Shown here piece by piece: positions 8,603 to 17,164 of a stretch of 64,000 nucleotides of DNA. The stretch is from NCBI GenBank assembly GCA_035334485.1, contig DAOQKI010000002.1, positions 7,511-71,510 of the forward strand. The letters run 5' to 3'. Position 1 is the stretch's first letter. The number at the start of each line of letters is the position of its first letter. Under the pieces are notes generated by a model. The model had not been told where the DNA came from, did no database searches, and was given only the letters and a program-made list of their open reading frames with translations. The position numbers were made by a program, and so were the translations under genes. This DNA is from Opitutaceae bacterium. Lineage in GTDB: Bacteria; Verrucomicrobiota; Verrucomicrobiia; Opitutales; Opitutaceae.

Positions 8603-10267
8603 CTACGGATTCGGGCTGATCGGATCCGTCGGCTCCTGGTAGTGGGTGCGGTAGGTCTGCGCGCTCGCGGCGAGCTTGAGGAAGACATCGAGCGGGACGA
8701 CCTCGACCGGCTCGCTCAGCGAGTGGAGGATGGCGTTGACCTTCTCGACCGTGTTGCGCTCGCGGATGTGGAGCAGCAGGAAGTACGGCCGCTGCGGGTT
8801 GAGCTGGATTAGCTCCTCGAGGTCCGCCGCGGCGTCGCGGACGGTGCGGTTCACGTCGAGGTAGTAGTCGTAGCTGATCATCGGCTTCCCGTCGCGCAGG
8901 TCGTAGGTCCGCGCCGTGCCGTAGCCGTTGATGAAGCCAATCACGTCGGGGAACTCATGATAGTACCGGTCGACGACGGCCTTCGGCAGGTCGGTGTTGC
9001 CGACGTGCCGGTTGCCCTCGGAATAGTCCATGATCTCCATGGCGCGCAGGTCGAGCTGCGCCATGAGCGCGCGGGCGTCGCGCATCAGCGCCGGGAACTT
9101 CTCGGCCGGGATCGACTTCGGGTACATGTAGCCCGGGCCGCTGAGTCCCGCGATGAAGTAGTCGTTCGGCGTGCGGTCCTCGTAGAAGAACTGGAGGGCA
9201 GGCGGATTCATCCAGGCCCAGTTCATCGTGACCTGCCACGTGTACGGGATCTGGCCGCGGCCCGGCTTCGTCCAGGCGCCGATGCCCATCGAGTCGGTCG
9301 CGACGGCGCAGACGTAGACCTTCGGCTCCGCCTTGAGCCGGGCGTCCGGGGCGACGTGGTGGTTGTTCGCGAACTTGAAGTCCGGCGTGAGCGGAATCTG
9401 GCAGGTGAATGAGACGTTCGGGAGGTTGTGCAGGCCCTCCATCTTCAGGCCGTAGTTGCCGACGAGCGTGGTGTGCTGGCCCTCGGTGTCCTTCCCGTAC
9501 GAGTGCCAGCCGACGACGATGCTCGCCGGGTGCTGGCCGCCGAGGATCCGGCGCTCGAGGGCGAGTTCCTCGGGATGCTTCGGATTGGCCGAGAGGTCGG
9601 TGAAGAACGCCCGCTGCTTCACGCCGAAGTCGGCGATGCCCGGCTGCATCTCCATCCCCGCATGGCCGCCGAGCACGACGTAGTAGTCGCGCGAGCACCG
9701 CGCCCAGTAGTGGTCGTAGGCCCACTGGTAGATGACGTGGTCGGGTTGGCCGGTGAAGCGCCCGCGCAGGTCCGCGACGCACTTCAGCCCGTGCTTTTCC
9801 ACGAGCGGGACCAGGTCAGGGCTCACCACCACCGCGTCGTCGACGCCCGCGATGGTGAAGGCGACGATCAGCGAGGCACGCACGGCGCGGTCCCAGACGA
9901 CATAACCCTTGGCGTAGCGGCCAAAGCGCGCGAGCGCCGCGTCGGCATCGTCCTGGGCGAGCCGCTCGAACTTCACGCCATGCCGGCGCTCGAGGAAACC
10001 CTCCAGCGGGCGCACGATCTCCCACTGCCAGTCGGCGGGATACTCGAGATAGACACGGGGCGCCTCGCGGTTGGCGAGGCCCTGCAGCGAGATCAGCAGC
10101 GCGTGCACCGGCACGTCGCCGTCGAGCCGCCAGTTCGACGAGAGCGGGATGATGGTCGCGGTGGCCGGCGCGCGGTCGACCTTGGCGGGGATCGGCTGGG
10201 CTGCCGCGGGGAACGCGGCGAGCGCACCGGCGAGCAGGCAGTGGCGGAACAGGGAAATGGTCTTCAT
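8603..10267 (-). CDS. secreted GxGYxYP-domain protein (putative glycoside hydrolase), copy 2
   Basis: 554 aa, ATG at 10267-10265, signal peptide MKTISLFRHCLLAGALAAFPAAA. Exact GxGYxYP motif (GPGYMYP). By eye roughly half the positions are identical to copy 1 (not computed). Confidence 0.88.
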   Translation of the reverse strand: MKTISLFRHCLLAGALAAFPAAAQPIPAKVDRAPATATIIPLSSNWRLDGDVPVHALLISLQGLANREAPRVYLEYPADWQWEIVRPLEGFLERRHGVKFERLAQDDADAALARFGRYAKGYVVWDRAVRASLIVAFTIAGVDDAVVVSPDLVPLVEKHGLKCVADLRGRFTGQPDHVIYQWAYDHYWARCSRDYYVVLGGHAGMEMQPGIADFGVKQRAFFTDLSANPKHPEELALERRILGGQHPASIVVGWHSYGKDTEGQHTTLVGNYGLKMEGLHNLPNVSFTCQIPLTPDFKFANNHHVAPDARLKAEPKVYVCAVATDSMGIGAWTKPGRGQIPYTWQVTMNWAWMNPPALQFFYEDRTPNDYFIAGLSGPGYMYPKSIPAEKFPALMRDARALMAQLDLRAMEIMDYSEGNRHVGNTDLPKAVVDRYYHEFPDVIGFINGYGTARTYDLRDGKPMISYDYYLDVNRTVRDAAADLEELIQLNPQRPYFLLLHIRERNTVEKVNAILHSLSEPVEVVPLDVFLKLAASAQTYRTHYQEPTDPISPNP

Positions 10268-10283
10268 GGCGGAGTCCTCCGGC

Positions 10284-10850
10284 CTATTCGGCCCGGCCCT
10301 TCCCGGCGGCCGCGTCGGCCGCCTCGTCGGTGACGCGCTTGAACACGTACACGATGGGATCGTTGCGGGTGCTGCGCAGCTCGATCAGCGTGAGCTGGGC
10401 GCCGTTGGCCGAGACGCGGTAGTCGCTCAGGATGTTCACCGCGCGCTCGCCCTGCTGGGTGGCAAGCACCAGGTCGGCGCTGGTGCGGAGCAGCCGGCCG
10501 CCGTCGAGCAGCTCGGTGCGGATGCGCTTCGTCCGGTCGCCGCCGACGTAGGCGCCGAGGTGGCGGTTGTCCGGCCACCAGTTCACGGCCACGCGGTTCA
10601 CCGCCTGCGTCAGGTCGAGCGGCGTCACCTCGTCGTACGTGCGGCGGCCCGCGGCGTACTGACGGGTGAGGGTCACATGCGGACCCTCCACCGTAATGAC
10701 CAGCCGCAGCGCGCCCCACGCGCTGAGCTCGGTGCTGCGCGCCGGGTCGTAGCGCCAGATGCCCGCGAGACGGTGCGCGTCGGGCGCGGTCTCCGCGGCG
10801 CCGGCGGTCGCGACCGCCAGCCACAGGCCCAGAAGAATGAATCGGTGCAT
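10284..10850 (-). CDS. small secreted lipocalin-like beta-barrel protein, copy 2
   Basis: ATG at 10850-10848 (MHRFILLGLWLAVATAGA signal peptide), then GIWRYD. It ends 16 nt before GxGYxYP copy 2. Collinear similarity to 4592..5125 (e.g. ..YVGGDR.K....E.LDGGR.L......L..QQG........YR.SA.G..L...ELRSTR......YVF.R). Confidence 0.7.
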   Translation of the reverse strand: MHRFILLGLWLAVATAGAAETAPDAHRLAGIWRYDPARSTELSAWGALRLVITVEGPHVTLTRQYAAGRRTYDEVTPLDLTQAVNRVAVNWWPDNRHLGAYVGGDRTKRIRTELLDGGRLLRTSADLVLATQQGERAVNILSDYRVSANGAQLTLIELRSTRNDPIVYVFKRVTDEAADAAAGKGRAE

Positions 10851-10915
10851 GACGACCCCCACCAACGTCCGCCGGGGCCGATTTTCAAACCCGATATTCG
10901 CGAATATTCCCTCGG

Positions 10916-13201
10916 TCAGAGCGGGCGGCAGGTGAACGACGTCACCAGGTCAAACGCGCGGGCCGTCGCCAGCCGCGCCTCGAGGTGCCAGAGCGGCTCG
11001 ACGCGGAAGTCGATCGAGTTCTCGCGCTGGCGGAGCTCGTCGGCCCAGGGCGCGTTCAGCACGAGCTCCCAGCCGTCGACCCGCAGCACGGCGCGGCGGC
11101 CCTCGATCTGCCACGGCCCGCGGGTGTGAAGGTTGAACGCCAGCGCGGCCGGCGCCAGCAGCTCGCCGCAGTCCCGGACCTGGAAGGTCTCCGGCTCGTC
11201 GGCGCTGAGCTCGCGGACACAGGAGGACATGACTCCGCGCCAGACGTGGCCAAGGTCGACGCGGACGCGCAGCCGCCGGGCGTCGCCCTCCCCTTCCGGA
11301 ATGACGGCCTGCTCGACACTGCCTTGGTTCAGATAGATGCCCTCGGCCGTGACCGGCGTGAGCGTGTTGTGCATCTCGGTCCGTTTGAGCACCTGGGTGC
11401 GGAGGTCGTCGTAGCGCACCTGGCCGCGATCCAGCAGCACCGGGATCTGGTCGAGCTCGAGGAGGAACGAGCCCTTGTCGAAGTGAGTGTGCGAGGCCTT
11501 CGCCTTGGCGCCCACGACATGGAGCCGGACGGACCGGCCCGCGGCAGTGCGGCGGCGGCTGGTCAGGTGGCCGGTCTGCGGGAGCCGCGCGAATTCCGGC
11601 ACGATCGAGACCGGCGGGGCCAGGCGGGTGGGCCCGGCGATGAACGCGAACACGCCCTCGGTGAAATACTGGTCGTAGTAGCCGAGCGGGCGCCGGCGGG
11701 TCAGGCACGCGGCCGCGACCCGGGCGTAAACGCTGTCAGGGAACACCGCGGCGAGGAGCGCCACGGTGTCACCCACGACGAGGTCGGTGGTGTTGTCACC
11801 CTCGGTGACCACCTTGCCGGGCTCCATCGCGGACAGCGCGGCGACGAAATCGGCGGTGTGGACGAACTGCGGCGGCAGCAGCGGAGCGACCTCGCGGCCG
11901 CGGGCCCGCGCGTAGGCGATCAGGCCGGGGAGCACGGCGTGCATCGTGACGGAGAAGTAACCCAAGCCCTCGTCGGTGCCGCCGTCGGGCAGGACATAGT
12001 TGGCCATGCCGGCTTGGAGATCGCCCAGCGCGAGCTCCGTGTGGGTCCGCATGCGCGGCCACGCCGTCTCGAGGTAAAGCCCCGCGAGCAGCCGGGCCCG
12101 GCAGAACCACGGGCCCTGATTCATGGTGTAGAGGTAGTCCCACTTGAGCATGTCGCGCTCGATGACCGCGAGGCCCTTGTCCCACAGCACCTGCTGCGCG
12201 AGGTACCGGGCACGGGGCGTGAGGGCGAAGTCGTACCAGTCGAGCAGCAGCGCGGCCGCGGTGGTGGCCATCTCCTCGTTGAAGCAGCGCTGATCCCACA
12301 CGCTGCCCCGGGCCCGGCTCTCGGCCGACTGCGCCCACGACGTGGTGTGGAGCAGGCACATCAGGTAGCGCAGCGCATGGAACCCGAGCGCGCGGTCGCC
12401 GTTGACGAGGCCGACGAAGCCGAGGACCAGCGGCTCGGAAAAATACGTGGCGCGGCCCGACTCGCGGGCCCGGATGTAGCGCTGGTCGGTCTGCGGGAGG
12501 TAGTCGTCGAGCTGGTCCTCGGGTGAGCGGGCGAGGTACTGCCGGGCGCGCTCCTCCATGAGCCGCCAGTGGTCGCTCCAGTACGGCAGCGCTCGCTTGG
12601 CGCGGAGCGCCGGCAGGTCGTCGACGCTGAACAGCAGCCCGCGGGCGAGCCGCGGCTCCGGCCACTCCTCGGGCGGCAGAATAAGTCCCGTCCACCGGCC
12701 ATCGTAGCGCGGACGCGCCGCCTCGAGCTCCGCCACGAGAGCGGCGCGGGCGACGCCCCACCACTGGAAGCTGAGATGCACGGTCGGCGTGTCGGTGGCG
12801 GTCAGGGAAACGCGCACGGCCTCCACCGGGCGCTCGCCGATCGGGAGCGCCAGCTCATGCCGGCGCCCGCGGCCCGTCACCGGCGCGCCGAGCGGCGACC
12901 ACTGGCCGCGACGGCAGGCCTCGAACACCAGCGTAACGTGGGCGGGTGCGACGTAACAGAAGACAAACTGGTCGAAACGGTCGGGCAGGCCGGACACCGC
13001 CATGCCGAAGCGCGCCGCCAGCTGACCGGCGGGCGCGAGGTCCCAGGAGAGCTTGGTGCCGTCCCAGCCAAAGTCGCGCCGGAGGCCGCGGGCGGCGCCC
13101 GGCTCGAGCGTGAGGGGCAGCTGCTCGGCAATCGTCGCGTCGTGGAACGGCGCGAACATGGACTCGGCAGGCGTGAGTTCGAACAGCTGGGTCGGAGGCA
13201 T
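10916..13201 (-). CDS. cytoplasmic heparinase II/III-like (alginate-lyase-fold) protein
   Basis: 761 aa, ATG at 13201-13199, with no signal peptide. The C-terminal block AKASHTHFDKGSFLLE resembles the H.H.D..SF motif of heparinase II/III-like domains, preceded by a long helical region. Confidence 0.7.
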   Translation of the reverse strand: MPPTQLFELTPAESMFAPFHDATIAEQLPLTLEPGAARGLRRDFGWDGTKLSWDLAPAGQLAARFGMAVSGLPDRFDQFVFCYVAPAHVTLVFEACRRGQWSPLGAPVTGRGRRHELALPIGERPVEAVRVSLTATDTPTVHLSFQWWGVARAALVAELEAARPRYDGRWTGLILPPEEWPEPRLARGLLFSVDDLPALRAKRALPYWSDHWRLMEERARQYLARSPEDQLDDYLPQTDQRYIRARESGRATYFSEPLVLGFVGLVNGDRALGFHALRYLMCLLHTTSWAQSAESRARGSVWDQRCFNEEMATTAAALLLDWYDFALTPRARYLAQQVLWDKGLAVIERDMLKWDYLYTMNQGPWFCRARLLAGLYLETAWPRMRTHTELALGDLQAGMANYVLPDGGTDEGLGYFSVTMHAVLPGLIAYARARGREVAPLLPPQFVHTADFVAALSAMEPGKVVTEGDNTTDLVVGDTVALLAAVFPDSVYARVAAACLTRRRPLGYYDQYFTEGVFAFIAGPTRLAPPVSIVPEFARLPQTGHLTSRRRTAAGRSVRLHVVGAKAKASHTHFDKGSFLLELDQIPVLLDRGQVRYDDLRTQVLKRTEMHNTLTPVTAEGIYLNQGSVEQAVIPEGEGDARRLRVRVDLGHVWRGVMSSCVRELSADEPETFQVRDCGELLAPAALAFNLHTRGPWQIEGRRAVLRVDGWELVLNAPWADELRQRENSIDFRVEPLWHLEARLATARAFDLVTSFTCRPL

Positions 13202-13217
13202 GCGCTAGCAATCCCCA

Positions 13218-13287
13218 GTCGCAGGTCGAAGGTCAAATGTCGAACGCCCGGGCCGGCCCCTTCGACCTGGGACCTGCGACGTTCGAC
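13218..13287. repeat. inverted heptamer arrays GTCG(A/C)AG and complement
   Basis: Left arm is GTCGCAGGTCGAAGGTCAAATGTCGAACG. Right arm is CCTTCGACCTGGGACCTGCGACGTTCGAC. It lies between the heparinase-like gene start and the PhyH copy 1 stop. Confidence 0.85.
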
Positions 13288-13297
13288 CCGAGTCCGC

Positions 13298-14122
13298 TCA
13301 GCCTTTGCCGGCTTCCTCGTTGCTCACCGGCTTGAAGCTCGGGCGGCCGTAGCGCTGGGTGGGCGGAGTGCCGTACGGGTTGTGGCGGAACTCGTCGACG
13401 CCGCGGCACAGGTAGATCTTGAAGTTCGGGTTCACCGCCAGGTCGTTCTTCACGTTGGTGCCCGAGTAGCGGATGGTGAGGCCGGCGCGGCGGCGGTCCG
13501 AGGGATTGCCGGGCGAGCCGTGGATGGCGCGGTCGTCGTGCAGCGAGCACTCGCCGGCCTTGAGCCGGAACTGCACGGCCTTGGCCGCGTCGAAGTCCGA
13601 GCCGTCCTCCAGCTCGAGCGACAGCACCGACTGGGTCTGCGACGAGCGGCGGTGCTTGATGAGCCCGCCGCGGTGCGAGCCGGGCAGCAGCTTCATGCCG
13701 CCGTTCTCCTCGTCGACGTCATCGAACGCGAGCCAGACGGTCACGGAGTGGTGCGGCGCCATCGGCCAGTAGTAGGCGTCCTGGTGCCAGCCGACGGTGG
13801 CCTGGTTGCGCGGCTCCTTGATGAAGAAGTTGCTGGCCCAGGCGTAGAAGTTCGGCCCGAGCACGCCCTCGACGAGGTCGAGGATGCGCGGGTTCATGAC
13901 GATATCGTAAAGGTAGGTGCTCGTCTCGTGCCACTCGCGGATGTCCTTGGTGGTCTCGCCGGGCTTCAGCAGGGCGAGCAGGTTGGGCAGCTCGGCGTTG
14001 ATCTTCGCCATCTCCTCCCGGGTGAAGATCGGGGGGAGGCCGAGCAGGTAGCCGTTCTCGTGGTAGAACTTCTGCTGGGCGGCGGTGAGGCGATAGGGAT
14101 TGGGAGCGGTGGCGGTGGACAT
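13298..14122 (-). CDS. phytanoyl-CoA dioxygenase (PhyH) family Fe(II)/2-oxoglutarate oxygenase, copy 1
   Basis: Track ORF is 13298..15052; ATG at 14122-14120 (MSTATAPNPYRLT...), 274 aa. Facial triad WHQD ... H (VGWHQDAYYW, AIHGSPGN). Confidence 0.85.
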   Translation of the reverse strand: MSTATAPNPYRLTAAQQKFYHENGYLLGLPPIFTREEMAKINAELPNLLALLKPGETTKDIREWHETSTYLYDIVMNPRILDLVEGVLGPNFYAWASNFFIKEPRNQATVGWHQDAYYWPMAPHHSVTVWLAFDDVDEENGGMKLLPGSHRGGLIKHRRSSQTQSVLSLELEDGSDFDAAKAVQFRLKAGECSLHDDRAIHGSPGNPSDRRRAGLTIRYSGTNVKNDLAVNPNFKIYLCRGVDEFRHNPYGTPPTQRYGRPSFKPVSNEEAGKG

Positions 14123-14254
14123 GGGGAGGTTCAGGTGCGGGAAAAGGCGGCGCGCACCATAGCGGGAAAACCCGCGGACCGCGTTCAGATTTTGCGGTGG
14201 AAATGTACAGGATATTACGCCATCCCAGAATAAAGTGCACTCCGGCCCGACCCC

Positions 14255-15142
14255 ATGAAAGTCCTGCGCGACCCCCAGATCATCAGCGGCTACGTCTATG
14301 AGCATCCCGTGGACGACCTGCCGGCGCTGACGCACTGCGGCGAGGCGCTGTGCTGCCGGGGCCACCACCTCAAGCCGCACTCCCACCCGGGCTTCGAGTT
14401 CCTGTACCTGGCGCGCGGCAAGGCGTCGTGGCGGGCCGGCGGCGAGGTGACGCCACAGGCGATGGGCGACGTGTACCTGACCTATCCGCACGAGAAGCAC
14501 GGCACCGGCTCGACGGGCAACCCGGAGAACCACCACCTCTGGGTGGGCCTGAAGCTGGACCAGCTCGGCCCGAACGCCCGGCGGCTGGCGGCCGAGCTGC
14601 GGCGCCGGCAGGTGCGGACGCTCAGCAGCTGTCCCGAGGTCGAGCCGGTGCTGCGGGGCCTGGTCGCGCAGGTGGTCGCGCACCATCCCGACCGGCGCGC
14701 GACGATTCTGGCGTACCTCGAGCTCTTCATCGCGCTGGTGGCGCAGCGGCTGCACGCGGGCGAGGGCCGGGCGCCGGTCCCGACCGCCCTGCCCTACTCC
14801 TACGCGGTGCAGCGCGCGGTGGCATACATGGAGCAGCACCTCGACCGCCGGATCCCGCTGCGCGACCTGGCGTCGATGGCGACGGCGCGGAGCGTGCCGC
14901 ACTTCTGCACGCAGTTCCGGCGCGAAGTCGGCGTGAGCCCCGCGGCGCACCATCTCCAGCGGCGGCTCGATGCGGCGCGTCTCGCGCTGCGGCAGCCGAA
15001 CTTTGATGTGACGAAGGCCGCGCTGCAGCACGGCTTCAGCTCGTCGCAGCACTTCAGCACGCTGTTCCGGCGCGCGTACGGCGTGACGCCCCGCGAGTGG
15101 CGGCGGCAGCAGGCCGGGACGCGGCGGACGGCGGCGCGCTAG
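14255..15142 (+). CDS. AraC family transcriptional regulator (cupin sensor + HTH)
   Basis: 295 aa. C-terminal AraC HTH (FCTQFRREVGVSPAAHHLQRRLDAARLAL...HGFSSSQHFSTLFRRAYGVTPREWRR). Divergent from PhyH copy 1. Its TAG stop (15140-15142) overlaps the stop of the convergent PhyH copy 2 within a shared CTAG at 15139-15142. Confidence 0.9.
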   Translation: MKVLRDPQIISGYVYEHPVDDLPALTHCGEALCCRGHHLKPHSHPGFEFLYLARGKASWRAGGEVTPQAMGDVYLTYPHEKHGTGSTGNPENHHLWVGLKLDQLGPNARRLAAELRRRQVRTLSSCPEVEPVLRGLVAQVVAHHPDRRATILAYLELFIALVAQRLHAGEGRAPVPTALPYSYAVQRAVAYMEQHLDRRIPLRDLASMATARSVPHFCTQFRREVGVSPAAHHLQRRLDAARLALRQPNFDVTKAALQHGFSSSQHFSTLFRRAYGVTPREWRRQQAGTRRTAAR

Positions 15143-16149
15143 ACCCGGGCCGCGCTCTCGGGCCAGCGGCGGAAGGCGGAGAAGTTGGGCTTCACCTGGT
15201 CGAACACCTCGCGGCGCCGGGCGTACGCGGTGTAGTCCGCGACCTGCTCCGGGTGCTGGCGGCTGGCGACCAGGAAGTCGGCCTCCGGGGGATAGCAGGC
15301 GATGTTGCCCTTGGCGTAAAACTCGGGGTTGGCCTCGCCCTGGTCGTTGACCGCCTCCGGCCAGAGACCGACGTTGTTCGGGGCCTCGGCGGACTGGTAG
15401 CGGAGGTCGACGCTCCAGCGGATGTGGTCGGAGTAGTTCGGCGTTGAGCAGTGCGGCGTGCGGTTGGTCATGAACACCACGCCGCCGCGCGGGCAGGCGG
15501 CGGTGATCGCCTTCCGCGGATCATCGGGCAGGTTCTCGTCCTTGATCACGAGGAAGCCCGCGTTGCCGCCCGTGTGGTGGGTCACCACCTCACCGAGATG
15601 GGTGCGCGGGAGGATCTGCATGCAGCCGTTCTCCACGGTCGCGTCGACCAGCGGGATCCAGCACGTGATGATCATCTCGCGGTCGCACATCGGCGCAAAG
15701 TAGCCGCTGTCCTGGTGCCACGGCACGATGCCGCGCCCGATGTTGGGCAGCTTGGGCCGGATGCGGTAGACGGAGGACGCGACGATCTCCTCGGACGCGA
15801 GCAGGCCGCCGACCTTCTTCAGCAGCTTCGGGTGCGAGATCACGTCGAACATCTCCGGCGCATGGAAGCCGCCGCCCCGGAGGCCCTCGAGGTGGCGCAT
15901 GATGGCCTCGCCGTTCTCCTTCGAGTCACGGTAGATCGCGGCGAGGCGGCGGTCGAAGTCGAGCCCGGCATGCAGGTCCGCGAGCTTCCCCGCGGCGTGC
16001 AGCTCGCGCGCCTTGCGGTCGATCTCCTTCTCCAGCTCGCGGCGGAGCGGCTCGAGGTCGGACGGATCAAACACGTCCGGGACAATCAGGTAGCCTTCCT
16101 CGTGGAAAAAACGAATCTGCTGCGCGGTGAGCGCCTTGGGGTGGTTCAT
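15139..16149 (-). CDS. PhyH family Fe(II)/2-oxoglutarate oxygenase, copy 2
   Basis: Track ORF is 15139..16962; ATG at 16149-16147 (MNHPKALTAQQIRFFHEEGYLIV), 336 aa. Motifs VPWHQDSGYF and TPHCSTPN. Confidence 0.85.
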   Translation of the reverse strand: MNHPKALTAQQIRFFHEEGYLIVPDVFDPSDLEPLRRELEKEIDRKARELHAAGKLADLHAGLDFDRRLAAIYRDSKENGEAIMRHLEGLRGGGFHAPEMFDVISHPKLLKKVGGLLASEEIVASSVYRIRPKLPNIGRGIVPWHQDSGYFAPMCDREMIITCWIPLVDATVENGCMQILPRTHLGEVVTHHTGGNAGFLVIKDENLPDDPRKAITAACPRGGVVFMTNRTPHCSTPNYSDHIRWSVDLRYQSAEAPNNVGLWPEAVNDQGEANPEFYAKGNIACYPPEADFLVASRQHPEQVADYTAYARRREVFDQVKPNFSAFRRWPESAARV

Positions 16150-16238
16150 GAACACCACTCTCGCAGCTTCGGTCCGGGTTGGCAATGGCCCGCAGTCACC
16201 TTTGGTGGTGAATAAACACCATTGAAAGCCAAGGCGGC

Positions 16239-16277
16239 CCCGCCCTCGTGTCACGTAATACGTGACACGAGGGCGGG
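16239..16277. promoter_or_regulatory. perfect 19-nt-arm palindrome in a divergent promoter region (candidate operator)
   Basis: CCCGCCCTCGTGTCACGTA-A-TACGTGACACGAGGGCGGG read directly. It lies between PhyH copy 2 (start 16149, minus) and the SDR gene (start 16300, plus). Confidence 0.55.
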
Positions 16278-16299
16278 CCGGCGTAGGGTGGCCAGCGCA

Positions 16300-17118
16300 A
16301 TGGAGCGATTTGCGGGCCGGGTGGTGTGGATCACGGGAGCCTCGTCGGGCATTGGCGAGGCGCTGGCGCACGCGTTCGCCGTCGAGGGCGCGCGTGTGGT
16401 GCTGTCGAGCCGCCGGCCAGCCGAGCTCGAGCGGGTGCGGCAGGCGCTGCCGCGCGCGGCGGAGCACTGGTGCGTGCCGCTGGACCTGGTCCAGACCGCG
16501 AGCTTTCCGGGGATCGTCGCCGAGGTCCTCCGCCTCGCCGGGCGGATCGACGTCCTGGTCAACAACGGGGGCGTGAGTCAGCGGGCGCTGGCGGTGGAGG
16601 CGACGCTCGAGGTGGAGCGGGCGCTGATGGAGGTGGACTACTTTGGTCCGGTGGCCCTGACCAAGGCGGTGCTGCCGGCGATGCTGGCGCAGCGGGCGGG
16701 TCACGTGGTCGTCGTGAGCAGCGTGATGGGCTACGTCGGCACGCCCGGCCGCTCGACCTATGCGGCGGCGAAGCACGCGCTGCACGGCTACTTCGACTCG
16801 CTGCGGGCGGAAATCTGGCGCGACGGCATCCGTGTCACACTGGTCTGCCCGGGCTATGTGCTGACGCAGGTCTCGGCCAACGCGGTCGGTCCGCGCGGCG
16901 AGAAGCACGGCGTGACCGATGGGACGCACGAGCGCGGCATCAGCCCGGCGCGGGTCGCGCACGCCACGCTCAACGCGATTGTCCGCGGCAAGGAAGAGAT
17001 CGCCATCGGCGGGACCGAGCGCTGGGCGATCCTGCTGAAGCGCCTGCTGCCCGGCGTCGCCTCGCGTGTGATCCGGAAGATGACGTTCTCGGTGACGCCG
17101 GGCGGGCGGAAGTCGTAG
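16300..17118 (+). CDS. short-chain dehydrogenase/reductase (SDR) family oxidoreductase
   Basis: ATG at 16300. TGASSGIG Rossmann motif, NNGG, and the catalytic Y..AK in STYAAAKHAL. Confidence 0.9.
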   Translation: MERFAGRVVWITGASSGIGEALAHAFAVEGARVVLSSRRPAELERVRQALPRAAEHWCVPLDLVQTASFPGIVAEVLRLAGRIDVLVNNGGVSQRALAVEATLEVERALMEVDYFGPVALTKAVLPAMLAQRAGHVVVVSSVMGYVGTPGRSTYAAAKHALHGYFDSLRAEIWRDGIRVTLVCPGYVLTQVSANAVGPRGEKHGVTDGTHERGISPARVAHATLNAIVRGKEEIAIGGTERWAILLKRLLPGVASRVIRKMTFSVTPGGRKS

Positions 17119-17142
17119 CGGGGTTCAAGTTCCGAACCCCGC
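17118..17142. terminator. GC-rich hairpin between convergent genes (bidirectional terminator candidate)
   Basis: GCGGGGTTC-aagttcc-GAACCCCGC, a 9-bp perfect stem starting at the last base of the SDR stop codon, 23 nt from the stop of the convergent isomerase gene. Confidence 0.5.
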
Positions 17143-17164
17143 CCCGCCGCCCGCGGCGAATCCC

